DNA of 64,000 nt from Eledone cirrhosa (Eukaryota). Shown in pieces: positions 25,585-39,249 of this stretch. A program made the translations under genes and the position numbers. Each line of letters starts with the position of its first letter. The stretch's first letter is position 1. Under the pieces are notes generated by a model. The model saw nothing but the letters and a program-made list of their open reading frames with translations, had not been told where the DNA came from and did no database searches. The DNA is taken from contig OZ024741.1 of assembly GCA_964016885.1 (NCBI GenBank), positions 365,676,001-365,740,000 on the forward strand. The letters run 5' to 3'.

Positions 25585-25869
25585 CTATATGTATATGTAT
25601 CTATATGTATCTATATGTATCTATATGTATATATATATATATGTATCTATATGTATCTATATGTATCTATATGTATATATATATATATGTATCTATATGT
25701 ATATATATATATATATGTATCTATATGTATGTATATGTATCTATATGTATCTATATGTATATATATATATATGTATCTATATGTATATATATATATGTAT
25801 CTATATGTATATATATATATGTATCTATATGTATATATATGTATCTATATGTATATATATATATGTATG

Positions 25870-25900
<31 letters not shown>
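25206..25900. repeat. Compound microsatellite (TA)n with tgtatctata units
   Basis: Seen directly; source of the spurious YI-rich ORFs at 25179-26234. Confidence 0.95.
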
Positions 25901-25906
<6 letters not shown>

Positions 25907-26260
25907 TTTAAATATATCATCTTTCTTTCTTTTTCTCCTATACACTAATTTAACTGTATCCCTTCCCTTAACCTCTCACATATACGATGATCATCTGTCA
26001 AAATGCAGCCTACTATGTTTTTTCACCATCAATGTATCTCTCTCTCTCCTTGTCTCTCTATCTCGCTCCGTTGTTTTTCTTTGCATACATCTCTTCATCT
26101 TCTTCTTTATTTGCATACATCTCTTCATCTTCTTCTTCTCATCTTCGTTTTCTTTCTATATAACTGTCATAACAGTTTCACTACCAAATCAACTTTTTAA
26201 AAGGAAGTTGCATTATCACAAGGTATGTCACTAATTATTTATAAAACAGCTTATGTATTG

Positions 26261-26326
26261 TATTTTGTCTGAGGAAGGCATAACATATTTTTAATATGAT
26301 ATCCCAGAAATATATATAACGAAATA
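26261..26326 (+). ncRNA. Type I hammerhead ribozyme in 5' pseudo-LTR (copy at 29957-30022)
   Basis: tattttgt-CTGAGGA-agg cata acatatt ttt aatatg atatcc ca-GAAA-tatata-TA-acgaaata; palindromic minimal stem III. Confidence 0.8.
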
Positions 26327-26515
26327 AATATGGTTTTATAAATATAAATATAGTTTCCATTTGTTTAATATCGTAAACCTACTCCAGAAACTGTTGAGTG
26401 CTTTTATATCAGTTATAAAATATTTACTCGTTGTAACCCAACAATCTTAAATAAAACTTTTGCATATATTTTGCTCCAATACCGTTGAGCGCTTTATATT
26501 ATAACTGAAAAAAAA

Positions 26516-28743
26516 ATGGAATTCTTTAAGATCTCTTCTTCTCTAAAATACATACCTCTACCTAGAAACAAGGACTTTATTAAACAACTAATAGATAAAT
26601 CAGACTCCTTTATAAGGAGAATCAGGTGGCGTGCATTCCACTTTGATAAATCTAAATCTAACGTAAACGAAAATGCCTCAGACCTAGACAGAGTCTTCAA
26701 ATCTAAAAAAAATCCACCCCCCCAACAAACTTTTGAATGATTTTGAAAACGATATAATTTCTATCATACAAGGAGTCAGATTCAAGAGAAACTTCAATGG
26801 CCAGGAATATCTGAAAAGCATTAAGAATAATATTGCGAGCTTAGAGAGAACAGAGAATATCTTGGTGAAATCGGACAAAACCAACAACCTCTATGGAGTG
26901 GAAAAAGACATGTATAATGGCCTCATACTGAAAGAACTAAGGAAAAAGTACAAGGTAGCAGATAAGGCTGAACTTGAGAAAATGAATGTTGAGGCATCAT
27001 GTATAATGCATGAGTTGGAAATTGAGAACAAAACACAACCTTCCGTGCCTAGGAAACCCAAGATCAATATGAAAGATCACAAGAGAAATTTTGAAAATGA
27101 CTTGCCAGTCAGGTTGATTGCACCATCAAAATCTGACCTGGGTAAACTTAGCAAGAACATTCTAGACAGAGTGATACAGCAAATTAAGGACTTGAATTGT
27201 TTACCTGGCTTGACCTTGTGGAAGGGAACTGGGGAGGTCATTGAGTGGTTTAATGAAATTAAATATAACAATAATAATAAATTTATTCAACTAGATATTG
27301 CTAACTACTATTCATCCATTACCCCTAATCTACTTAATAAGGCACTAAATTACGCATTCAAGCATACAGACCTAACTAGCAATGAAATGCACATTATATT
27401 ATCGGCAAGGAAAACTTTGATAGAATTTAATAACCAACTATGGACTAGGGCAGATAGAGATAATAATTTTGACATTACTATGGGATCATCAGACTCAGCT
27501 CAGGTAACGGACCTTGTGGGCCTATTTATAATTAATTCGCTGCATAGGAAAATACCCGGTGTTACCGGAGGTTTATATAGAGATGACATGCTTTTACTTA
27601 TTGAAAATAATAACTCTGAACTAAATAAGAAAAGAAAACAAATTATTACAATTTTTTAATTACCTTAATCTAAAAATAGAAATTGAGAATAACCATAGAA
27701 TAGTCAATTTCCTAGACGTAACATTTAATCTCAACACATGTCTTCACTATCCATTTCACAAGTTAAATGAAAACTTGGATTATGTCAATTTTAGCTCCAA
27801 TCACCCCAGATCTGTCAAAAATACTATAGTGAACTCTGTTCAAAAACGTATCTCTAGAATCTCTTCCAATAAAAATATTTTTGACGAAAAAGCCCACTAT
27901 TATAATGAAGCTTTAGCTAGAGCAGGATATAGTGATAAAATTATGTACATCGATAATAGACAAACTAACCAAAATAACAACAATTTTAATTACAGTAACA
28001 ACGTTAACAACTATAATAGAAAGCACTACAATAATTTCAAAAACCAGAAAAGAAATAGAACTAGAAATATAATATGGTTTGCCCCCCCTTTCTCACTAAA
28101 CATTAAAACCCACATCGCTAAACTATTTGTTAATGCTCTTGACAAACGCTTCCCTAGAACACATAAGTATCACTCAATTTTTAATAGACATACTATAAAA
28201 TTAACGTACTCGTCCACCAAAAATTTTGCACAAAATATTAATAGAATAAATAATAGGAATCTAAAACCTAGCCAAAATACCGAAAATAGCCTAAACAATA
28301 TTCAACTAAAAAACTGTAACTGTAGAGATAGATCTAAATGTCCGCTAAATAACAATTGCTTAGTTAAAAATATAATATACAACTGTAATGTTAGAACTGA
28401 TTTAAATTCTTTTAATTACGTTGGTTCCACCTCGACAGAATTTAAACTTCGCTATAATAATCACAAAAACTCTTTCACGGATCCAAATAAAAAATCCTCA
28501 ACATCGCTGTCAGGGTTACTCTGGCAACTTAAGCATGATAAAGTTGGATATTCGATGGTTTGGAATATAGTCTCAAAAGGGATTCCTTTTAATTCCTCTT
28601 CTGAGACTTGTGACCTCTGCGCGGAGGAGATATTCTTTATATTAAAATCTAAAAATTCCCTTAATTTACGAACCAATTTATTCAGCTGTTGCAGACATAG
28701 ATTGAACTCAACATTTAAATATAAATATAAATTTAAAATGTAA
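26516..28743 (+). CDS. PLE reverse transcriptase plus C-terminal GIY-YIG endonuclease (about 740 aa) with two +1 homopolymer frameshifts
   Basis: SLKYIPLP...RRIRWRAFHF; KSDKT; FIQLDIANYYSSI; FDITMGSSDSAQVTDLVGLF; GLYRDD; VNFLDVTF; SNHP; CNCRDRSKCPLNNNC; IIY...YVG; CDLCAEE...CCRHR. Frameshifts at the C-run near 26716-26722 and the T-run near 27652-27657. Confidence 0.92.
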
Positions 28744-30089
28744 TATAAAATGTAGTATATTTACTTAAGGTATTTGACTATTTGTGATACTTGGCGATAA
28801 ATCTTTCGATTCCTTAAATTTTTTTTTAAAAACCTTTCTGCATGAATATATAATTAATGAGATTAAATAAACTACCCTATAATTGGCGTTGTCCCCAATC
28901 TTTTGAATAAATTTTTAAGCTGGATAAACTTCTATAATAAATATAAGAGCATTTTTTAGAATAAGTTTTGAATGATTTCTGCTAAATAAGGCTTGATGAA
29001 CAATTTTGGTTTTGTTTGCTTTTGACTCTGATTCTATGACCGATATGCGTGGCATACTATGTTCTCTTGTGTCCCTAGATACTCTGTGGAGTGACGAAGA
29101 TATTCTTGGCGTTTTTAATTTTTAATTTTAATATTGATATCTGTTGTCTACTCTATGCTTGATCGATGATCTTGCAAGTGAGGCTGGAATGTTATTTTAG
29201 ATGTTAATGTATATCTTATATGTTTTGTATCTATATATATGTATATATGTATGTAAATGTATGTAGGGTGGAATCTTTTCTAACGCATTGAAGTTTTTCA
29301 TGAAATATAAGAATCAGTGCAGCGTATCACGTAGGTTCACATGTGCGTCTATATTTATCAACTTGAATTTGAGATAACCCTCTCTTTTCTCTTTTTTCAC
29401 GAGAATGCATATATACTTATGTTTGAAGTTTTATCTCAGATTTTGCTTATAGACCTAAGAATTTTTAACTGAGCATGTGGTCATTTTTTTCACACATTAT
29501 GGATATGTGTCTCATTCATGAATACTGATATTTACATTATAATACCTAATTCATAAAAATTGATAATTCAAATGGATGAGACATAATATATTTTTAATAT
29601 ATTTTAAATATATCATCTTTCTTTCTTTTTCTCCTATACACTAATTTAACTGTATCCCTTCCCTTAACCTCTCACATATACGATGATCATCTGTCAAAAT
29701 GCAGCCTACTATGTTTTTTCACCATCAATGTATCTCTCTCTCTCCTTGTCTCTCTATCTCGCTCCGTTGTTTTTCTTTGCATACATCTCTTCATCTTCTT
29801 CTTTATTTGCATACATCTCTTCATCTTCTTCTTCTCATCTTCGTTTTCTTTCTATATAACTGTCATAACAGTTTCACTACCAAATCAACTTTTTAAAAGG
29901 AAGTTGCATTATCACAAGGTATGTCACTAATTATTTATAAAACAGCTTATGTATTGTATTTTGTCTGAGGAAGGCATAACATATTTTTAATATGATATCC
30001 CAGAAATATATATAACGAAATAAATATGGTTTTATAAATATAAATATAGTTTCCATTTGTTTAATATCGTATGTATCTATATATATATA

Positions 30090-31013
30090 TTTCGTTTCTG
30101 AATTTGTTTAGCAAGATTCTTTATCTGAAATCGTGTGTTGAAACCGATATTGTTATACTTTGGGAGGGTCATGTTGCCAATAAGAAACCCACGCACCAGT
30201 TGCTTTCACTTGTATAGATAAGAAATGTATAACCTGTAAAATAAGCCCCCATATTAACTGTAAAACTAGAAATGTAGTGTATAGCATAAGATGTACTGAA
30301 GGACAATGTAGAAACAAAAATATAGTGTACACAGGTGAGACAGCTCGTAGTATAGGGGAACGAATAAATGAACACTGGCGAGACATTCATGATAATAAAG
30401 AATCATCTGTGCTTTACCAACATGCTAAGATAGAACACAGGGGTAAATTAGAGAACATAGAAATAAAAATAGAATCCACACACAGAAAAGATGCAATGTT
30501 TAGGCAAATTACAGAGGCAGTAAGCATAAAAGAATTACAACCAAAATTAAATAGAAAATATGAGTGGAACAGCAACATCACAACTTACAAGTAAGGACAA
30601 AATGAAAACACACACACACATAGAACAAACAACCAACCAACAACATGTAAATAAATAAATAAATAAATAAACAAATAGATAAATGAACACAAACACACAC
30701 AGACACGTGGATGTGGCGCATGCGCAAACTGAGCACACAACACACACACAGAAACAAAATGGCGTAGGACAGAAGAAAGGAAAGGCACAGAAACAAAGAG
30801 AGGAATCCCCAGTCACTGAATAGGTCACAGAGTGTGTGACGAAAGGACTATGACTATATATAAACAACTATCTGGTTGTGGAACCAACCAACCAACCAGA
30901 AATTTATAAGTTTGTAGATTTGTAAATTTATAAATTTATAAATATATAATAAATTAAAGTGAAAGCAACTGGTGCGTGTGTTTCTTATTGGCAACATGAC
31001 CCTCCCAAAGTAT

Positions 31014-31020
<7 letters not shown>
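30090..31020 (+). mobile_element. 5'-truncated copy of the 58.7-64 kb PLE family with inverted pseudo-LTR end plus tail
   Basis: ORF 30277-30594 is the GIY-YIG end (VY.GETARS...RQITEAVSI); 30090-30211 matches 62927-63050 in the opposite sense to the body; HHR at 30811-30855 has a mutated core (CTGAATA); ends in (TA)n. Confidence 0.9.
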
Positions 31021-31089
<69 letters not shown>

Positions 31090-31249
31090 TACCGTTAAGG
31101 GTGAAAGCACCGATTCTTTTATTAAACTTTAATCTGTTATTTTAATAAATATATGCTCCAGGGTTCTTATATATTTCATATATATTTATCCTTATCGAGC
31201 CCTCTTTGGATTTTAGTCTTCACATTTATTATTATTACTATATATATAT

Positions 31250-31686
31250 ATCGTTTTCGGTGCGCCCGGCCGACTAACTAACTCGATATGCAAATTAGGC
31301 TGCTCAGCCGTTAATATGAATAAGGAAAGTATATATTTCAGACGTTCAATCATCTGGCAGAAAGGTATACGATGCTGACGATAACTAATAAGCTTGAAAC
31401 TAGTACATAGTTCCTGTGTCAGTGTTGAACAAAAGGGCGACGATGGTTGCCTGAACACTGTACGGCGTAATTCCGGCTGTTTGTTTAATTACAAACAAAC
31501 AAACCGAACATTATAATAAATGTTCGCTAAACCCATACGTACATATATATATATGTGTGCATGTATGTTTACATATACATACTACTGTACGTCTGTATAT
31601 ATATATGTATGTACGTATACATACATACTTACATTTAAGTATCAGCCGTACTAAGAATGAGAAATGATATTTCGTTTCATTCTTTT

Positions 31687-31690
<4 letters not shown>
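31250..31690 (+). mobile_element. Solo retrozyme-like monomer (about 440 bp) with HHR at 31370-31410
   Basis: cgatg-CTGACGA-taact aata agct t-GAAA-ctag-TA-catag; shares tatgcaaattag.ctgc.ca, cagaaagg and the terminal atttcgtttc hairpin with the 466-bp array; TA flanks. Confidence 0.72.
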
Positions 31691-33340
<1,650 letters not shown>

Positions 33341-33344
33341 ATGG

Positions 33345-33449
<105 letters not shown>

Positions 33450-34221
33450 AAAGATTAATTTTTAAGAAATTAAAATGTATAGTCATTTTCAATAGCAGTA
33501 ATACTAAAATAGCGTGGTTTATATAGAAGTTTATACTATTATAGGCTTACGTATAATTATTTCTAATTTTTATACAAAGCCATCAATTACCCCAATGCAT
33601 TACAGGTGCTTTATTTTATCGACCCCGTAAGGATGAAACGTAAAGTTAACATACAATAGTCGCGCTACATAAACACATCGAAGTACGTGAAATAATGTGT
33701 ATTGCTCAATAGATTCAGATTTTAATGTGTATTGCTCACCTAGATTCAAATCCTCAACCGTATGATCTTAAGCCAAACACTTTAACAATAAGCCATGCTG
33801 TCTGCATTTTGCGTTCGTTGCAGCCACACCACAGTAACATTGACATCCATCGTTTTAAAGTCGATAAAAGTGTGCCAATTCAGATTTTAAAAAGTGCCAA
33901 GTTTTCGGAGAATCAATGCGGCATCGCATGAGATAACTTGCTGCATATGTTCTGCTTCCGTGGGTGTTAAGTGAAAATCGCAGCTCCTGTCATCGACGAC
34001 ATGATTAGACTGACTGTGGCCCTTATGAAAAAATAAGTTTAAAAAAAAAAATCAAACAAAATCAAGAAAAATATCAAAGCCACTTTTTACATTATGCAAC
34101 TTCATAGTACGCCGGATAAACTTTGGAGGAGTTAGCAACAACACCTAGAAAATATATTATTGAATGTTAGCAACACAATAACTCAAATATTTCTTTTCTG
34201 ACAATATTATTTTACAAAATG

Positions 34222-34415
34222 GGTGGTGGATTGGTAGTATCGATAGATGGTCGGACACCATGTTCTGAAGCATAGAGTTACGGCCCTTTACAGTCTGAGA
34301 TCAAATCGCGCCGAAGTTAACTTTGCCTTTCATCCTTACGGGGTCGATAAAATAAAGCACCAGTAATGCACTGGGGAAAATTGTTGGCCTTGTGCCAAGT
34401 GTAGAAACAATTATA
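34222..34415 (+). mobile_element. Full-length Deu/Nin-like tRNA SINE
   Basis: Same head, core and tail as 23822-24012. Confidence 0.88.
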
Positions 34416-36386
34416 TTACAAAATAATACGAAGACATTCTGATATGAAGTAATGGTGCCTATCTGTCGAAGTTCCTGAAGCTAGCGTTGCTCTTGAAAAG
34501 ATTAGATTTAATGTCGGGAAAAATGATTGATAAATTAAACGAGGTCCTCCTGGAATTCTACACCTGCAACAGATCAAGTGATGGCCGCTCTCAGAGGTTT
34601 GGAAACGAAATTCCAGTTGCCACACCCAGGGATTGATTCCAAAACAACTTAAGTTTGAAATGAACGGTTTTGGCACACGTGTTTGCTGTGTCTGCTACCC
34701 TTTTAGGAAAATAAATATGGTATAAATATGGCATATGATTTTATTTAAAATTTTCAGTTCTGGTTATCTCGAAAAACCATATAGGGTTAATTATTTAACA
34801 GCTAATCTTAACACATAAAAGTGAATGTATATTTGCATCATTCTAGTCATATACTAGGTTTGCACTTGAGTAGATGAATTCATGCATAGGAGCACATCTT
34901 CACAAGGAGAACGTCATAGGGGATGTGAGCGTTTATTGATTTTCTGAAATTTGTTTTATTTTACTCCAGACAGAGAAAAAAATGCGAAATTGTATACCCG
35001 CAAGCATTGCAACTGACATTGGAAAAACTTGCAATTAGAAAAATTCATTTAGAATAATTATGTAAATTAGTTTAATACTTTTTAATGGTTTTCCGGGGGA
35101 AATGGAAAAGAAGAATATTCCAGTAAAACTTTATTTTAGGTTATTTTTGTGTTCCTGATTTCATGCATTTTTTCTGAAGTTCAAATTAAACCAACTTCGA
35201 TGCAACAATCCTGAATAGATCAGCGTTCTCAAATGAAGATCACCTAATAGATATTTTCGTTTGTTACTTGATATATTTGGAGAAGAAACGTTTGCCCGTA
35301 GCCTTCATTAGCCTTCCGAGACTGGAAAGAATGATGCCATCCATGTTCCATTTAAATTATTGCAGAAACACTTCTTTGGGAAAGATACGAGGATGGATGG
35401 TATTCGAAAGGGCAGACGTTCTGGAGAGGAATGATTAGGCATATTGGTTAGTGCGGAGGATGCAGATAATTGCAAAAGGAGATGACATCTGTAGGTCAGG
35501 GGTTGGAAAAGAGTAAATTTTTACCGCTTAATTGAATAGCCTCTTTACTGGGTGCGGTCTACGACGCCAATAAGAGCAACATCATCGAACCAGATATGAA
35601 AACTACTTCATTATGCGTCTCACCTCCGCTTTATAATGGGCTATTCGAAATATCACATATTGAAGTTACTAGGTGAAAGACATAAAAAATAAATATGAGT
35701 TGATATCATTAAAGTACTTAATTATATTACCGATAAGTAGGTCACCACGCTTTTGCTAAAAAGTCTAAAAGTCTACGAATGTTTAAAATTGCCTAGAATT
35801 AGCAGTAAAAACGTATTAAAATTTTAAGTATAAAAATATTGATTAACATTTTGTTTAAAACATTAACAAATTAAAAATACAAACAAATAAATAAAGCAAT
35901 TAACAAAACCAATTGGTCAAGCAATTCCCTAAGGAATAGCAATAAAAAGAAATGATACTGGTGAAAAGCAGAATCATAGGTCTTAGTGTCTAACTAAATT
36001 TACACACTCACACACAACACACGCACGCACACATATACACACACATACACACATACACACATACACACACATACACACACACACACACACATACACACTC
36101 ATGAATAATATTACCAGTTACGTTTCCCAGGAGTATTTGGCTAGCATTGGGCAGAATCTAAAAGCAATAAAACCAGAAGCAATGGTAATATATATGGTAA
36201 TGTATGTATTGTTTTTATATAATCATAGACATACATACACAAACACAGATATATATATATATAAGGTCAATATAATGGTGATCTTGATGAGAAGAAATAG
36301 TTTTCAGTTCTACAGCCAAAGTCCCTAGGAGGAATGAAATGGATACAGAAATCTATAGTTTGCATATATATATATATATATATATA

Positions 36387-36453
<67 letters not shown>

Positions 36454-36689
36454 GCGTGTGCGTGTGTGTGCGTGTGTGTGCGTGTGCGTGCGTGTGCGTG
36501 TGTGTGCGTGTGTATGTGTGTGTGTGTATTTGTGTGTGTGTGTCATACATATATATATCTATGTTATATATATATATATACATGTACATTTACATGTTCA
36601 TACATACACACACACATATATATGTATGTGTGTCTGAGAGAGAGACAGGAACTCATTACTGCTATTCTGTTTTATTTCACAAGACACAT

Positions 36690-37010
36690 TATTGTTCTAT
36701 TGGAAAATGTAGGAAATATTTTCTATAATCTGTATTTATATTTTACAATAATGATTCAAGTTATTGATGATAACCTGTATGAAATAGGCGTTACACGAGA
36801 AATCATCTTATTACTACTGTCAGATGCTACCAGGTATATGTTGAAAGTAGGTGAAATAAGAAAGATGCATAATTCCAATTGTTTTCATGTAACGTGTTGC
36901 GCATCACTTTCGTAAATGCGCCCTGAGAGTCATAGATTGCTATGAAGACGTGGGCGTTCTCATTGCGTTTACATCAGCTATTGTTGAGCGTAGATTTTCA
37001 ATGCTCGGTA
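36690..37010 (+). pseudogene. hAT-superfamily (CGGBP-like) transposase relic
   Basis: IQVIDDNLYEIGV...LLLLSDATRYMLKVG...CFHVTCCA, then frameshifted CALRVIDCYEDVGVLIA; fits the SDxAxYM and HVTCxAH motifs of this group. Confidence 0.6.
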
Positions 37011-38574
37011 AAATACTAACCAAAGATAGAGATTTTTTTCTGAGAACATGAAATCTTATATTGCAGCAATGTATGTAATTTGTTTCGATTTAGTCATTCG
37101 ATGTGGGTCTTTTTTTAAAATGAACAATAAAGATCTCGCGTTAAAATTTAATATCTCTTTAGATCAATATAAGCTATAAAAAATTAGGGTTTAAAAATAA
37201 AGTCTAATAATTAGAAATTATAAGCTCTACAAAAAATTGCATGACTGATTAAATAAATCATTCAAATATGTATACCAATCAACATTGAAATTGTTACCAT
37301 TCAAGTTAGATTATTTTAATCTTGAAAGTTATTTCCACCTATTCGTTTCTTTCTTGTCTTCGTTGCAAGAATCAGTTTAGTTTCGGTAAATCCAGAGCCG
37401 GTGCAAAATACAATTCTCTTGATTTAAATTTGTAATCGCTACCACAAAATCTGAGGATTTTCATTTCACGTTGACCTAGCTTGAAGGTCAGAATCGGATT
37501 TTCAAGAAAGCTCCATTTTAATTGGTTGTATACGTGAACCAAGCAATCGACGAAAATTGTACACCTCACTATGGAAAAGTCTATATATCGCAGGAGGAAG
37601 TTTGGAAGCATGCAATCCAAGACTAGGCCGTGGATGGCACTCAACAAACTAAGAAATTTGCCTTCAGAATGAAAAGCTTTTAAAAAATAAAGTCGGGTCT
37701 GTCTACGTTTTCGAATTAGAGATCTTCAGCCGTTAACGTTCTATGACAGCCTAATAACTGCAATAAATTATGATATTTATTATTTTCAAAATGGATTTAC
37801 AATTCGATTCACGAACCTAAAAATGTAAAGGAAAAGAGTTTAAAATTTATAACTGAGGAATTATGAATGTTTGTGTTCTTCACATTAGTTTCCTACCGTT
37901 GACGTCAAGTTGTTTTAAATACCATATATTAAATGTACATTTGATACATTTAGAGTAGAGTAAATTTTTGGAAGAAGGAATGTTTTCCCACAGCAAGCCA
38001 ATAATAATACGTTAATGCTGAAATTCAGAAGCATGTAACTTGTCTACTTGAAAAATATATGAAGAATAAATGAAATAAAATGGACTTCAACTTGGTTTTG
38101 TAGGCTAATCTGCGATTAAAATTATATTGAAAAATTACATTAGACAGCTGAAATCCAATTCTTTTATGATTTCAGTTAACATAATGCACACACGCAAACA
38201 CCCCCACATACATACTCACACTCACACACCCAAACACGCACACACACACACACATTATATACACATACATATGTATATATTGCATGTGTGCTTAATGTGA
38301 GGCTGTATGTATGTATGTATGTATATATATATATGTGTGTGTGTGTGTTTGTCTGTCAGCGTGTATATGTGTTTGTGTGCATGAACCAGATGCAAGCCTG
38401 CGTTGGAAAACGACAAGTATAGATATATAATTCAAAATCTGAGAACACATTACGCGGATAAACTCTGGAAAAATGGACCCGAGCGAAGACATGGTCAAAT
38501 TCCCATCTCATTGGTTGTCGGCTGTTTTGAATGCACCGAAATCATGAGGATGCCCAATGACATAAATATTTCTC

Positions 38575-39183
38575 ATATAGATGGTGGCTGCCAACTCGTT
38601 TTCGAGTACGGCCACTACTTTATATCCATGTAGGAGAACCCCTACCGATGCGCTGAACGAGTGTGACTTTTTAGTCCAGCCAGCGACTTGAAAACTCTGG
38701 TACAAACACTACACTTGTGACAATTATTGACACAGTGCTGGGCCCATGGTACCATGTGACGACAAGTGCAGAGAGATCTCCAGATGTAAAGCAATGCCTG
38801 TGCCGTGAAGCTTTTATAGTGAGCAAAGGCACTGCACAAAGCCAGTCCCACTCTCTTAACCAAGATGATATTTACCAAAAAGAAGAACAAGTCAACATCA
38901 TTGGATACCATCAGGGCTGCAGGTGTTATATCAGAGTTTTCCTTCTCCTAGGATTCTGCCTTGACAAAGGCTAAGGGGTCATCTCACCCGATGATTTTGG
39001 ATGGTCCTTGACTTTTAAGAGCTCCTTTGCCCTTTGACAGGTTTTGTTTTTAGTCCTGCAGGATGTCCAAAGTCACCCTCCTCACCAAGATACCTTGGTG
39101 GAGTTGCCAGTTTAGTCGCCAACGACCCGACCATGAGACAGGTTGTACTGGGATACATGTTACCAGTAGCACCAACTGGTGAC
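38575..39183 (-). mobile_element. Non-autonomous RTE-derived element (5'-UTR-like part joined to ORF C-terminus and 3' UTR)
   Basis: Minus ORF ends CSVCTRVFKSLAGLKSHTRSAHR (C2H2-like terminus of some RTEs); 3' hairpin actcgaaaacgagt; no RT core. Confidence 0.68.
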
Positions 39184-39249
39184 CATACATACATACATAC
39201 ATACATACATACATACATACATACATACATACATACATACATACATACA

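Larger units (their letters stand above)
25901..30071 (+). mobile_element. Full-length Naiad-like Penelope-like element with direct pseudo-LTRs
   Basis: 475-bp direct repeats 25901-26375 and 29597-30071 (no difference seen by eye) flank an RT plus GIY-YIG ORF and an about 850-bp 3' UTR; TA-rich flanks. Confidence 0.93.

Noticed and set aside
26516-29596. Selenocysteine recoding or a SECIS element, as reported for some Naiad PLEs
   Set aside because: The conserved Cys codons read are TGT/TGC, the TGA at 26738 results from a frameshift, and no convincing SECIS was seen.
34416-34700. 86-aa minus-strand ORF as a host exon
   Set aside because: No convincing splice donor and no recognisable domain.
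35280-35600. Possible CR1/Jockey-type LINE 3' relic (similarly weak PLE-like traces at 45308-45905 and 55990-56300)
   Set aside because: Too degenerate to support by eye; needs a profile search.
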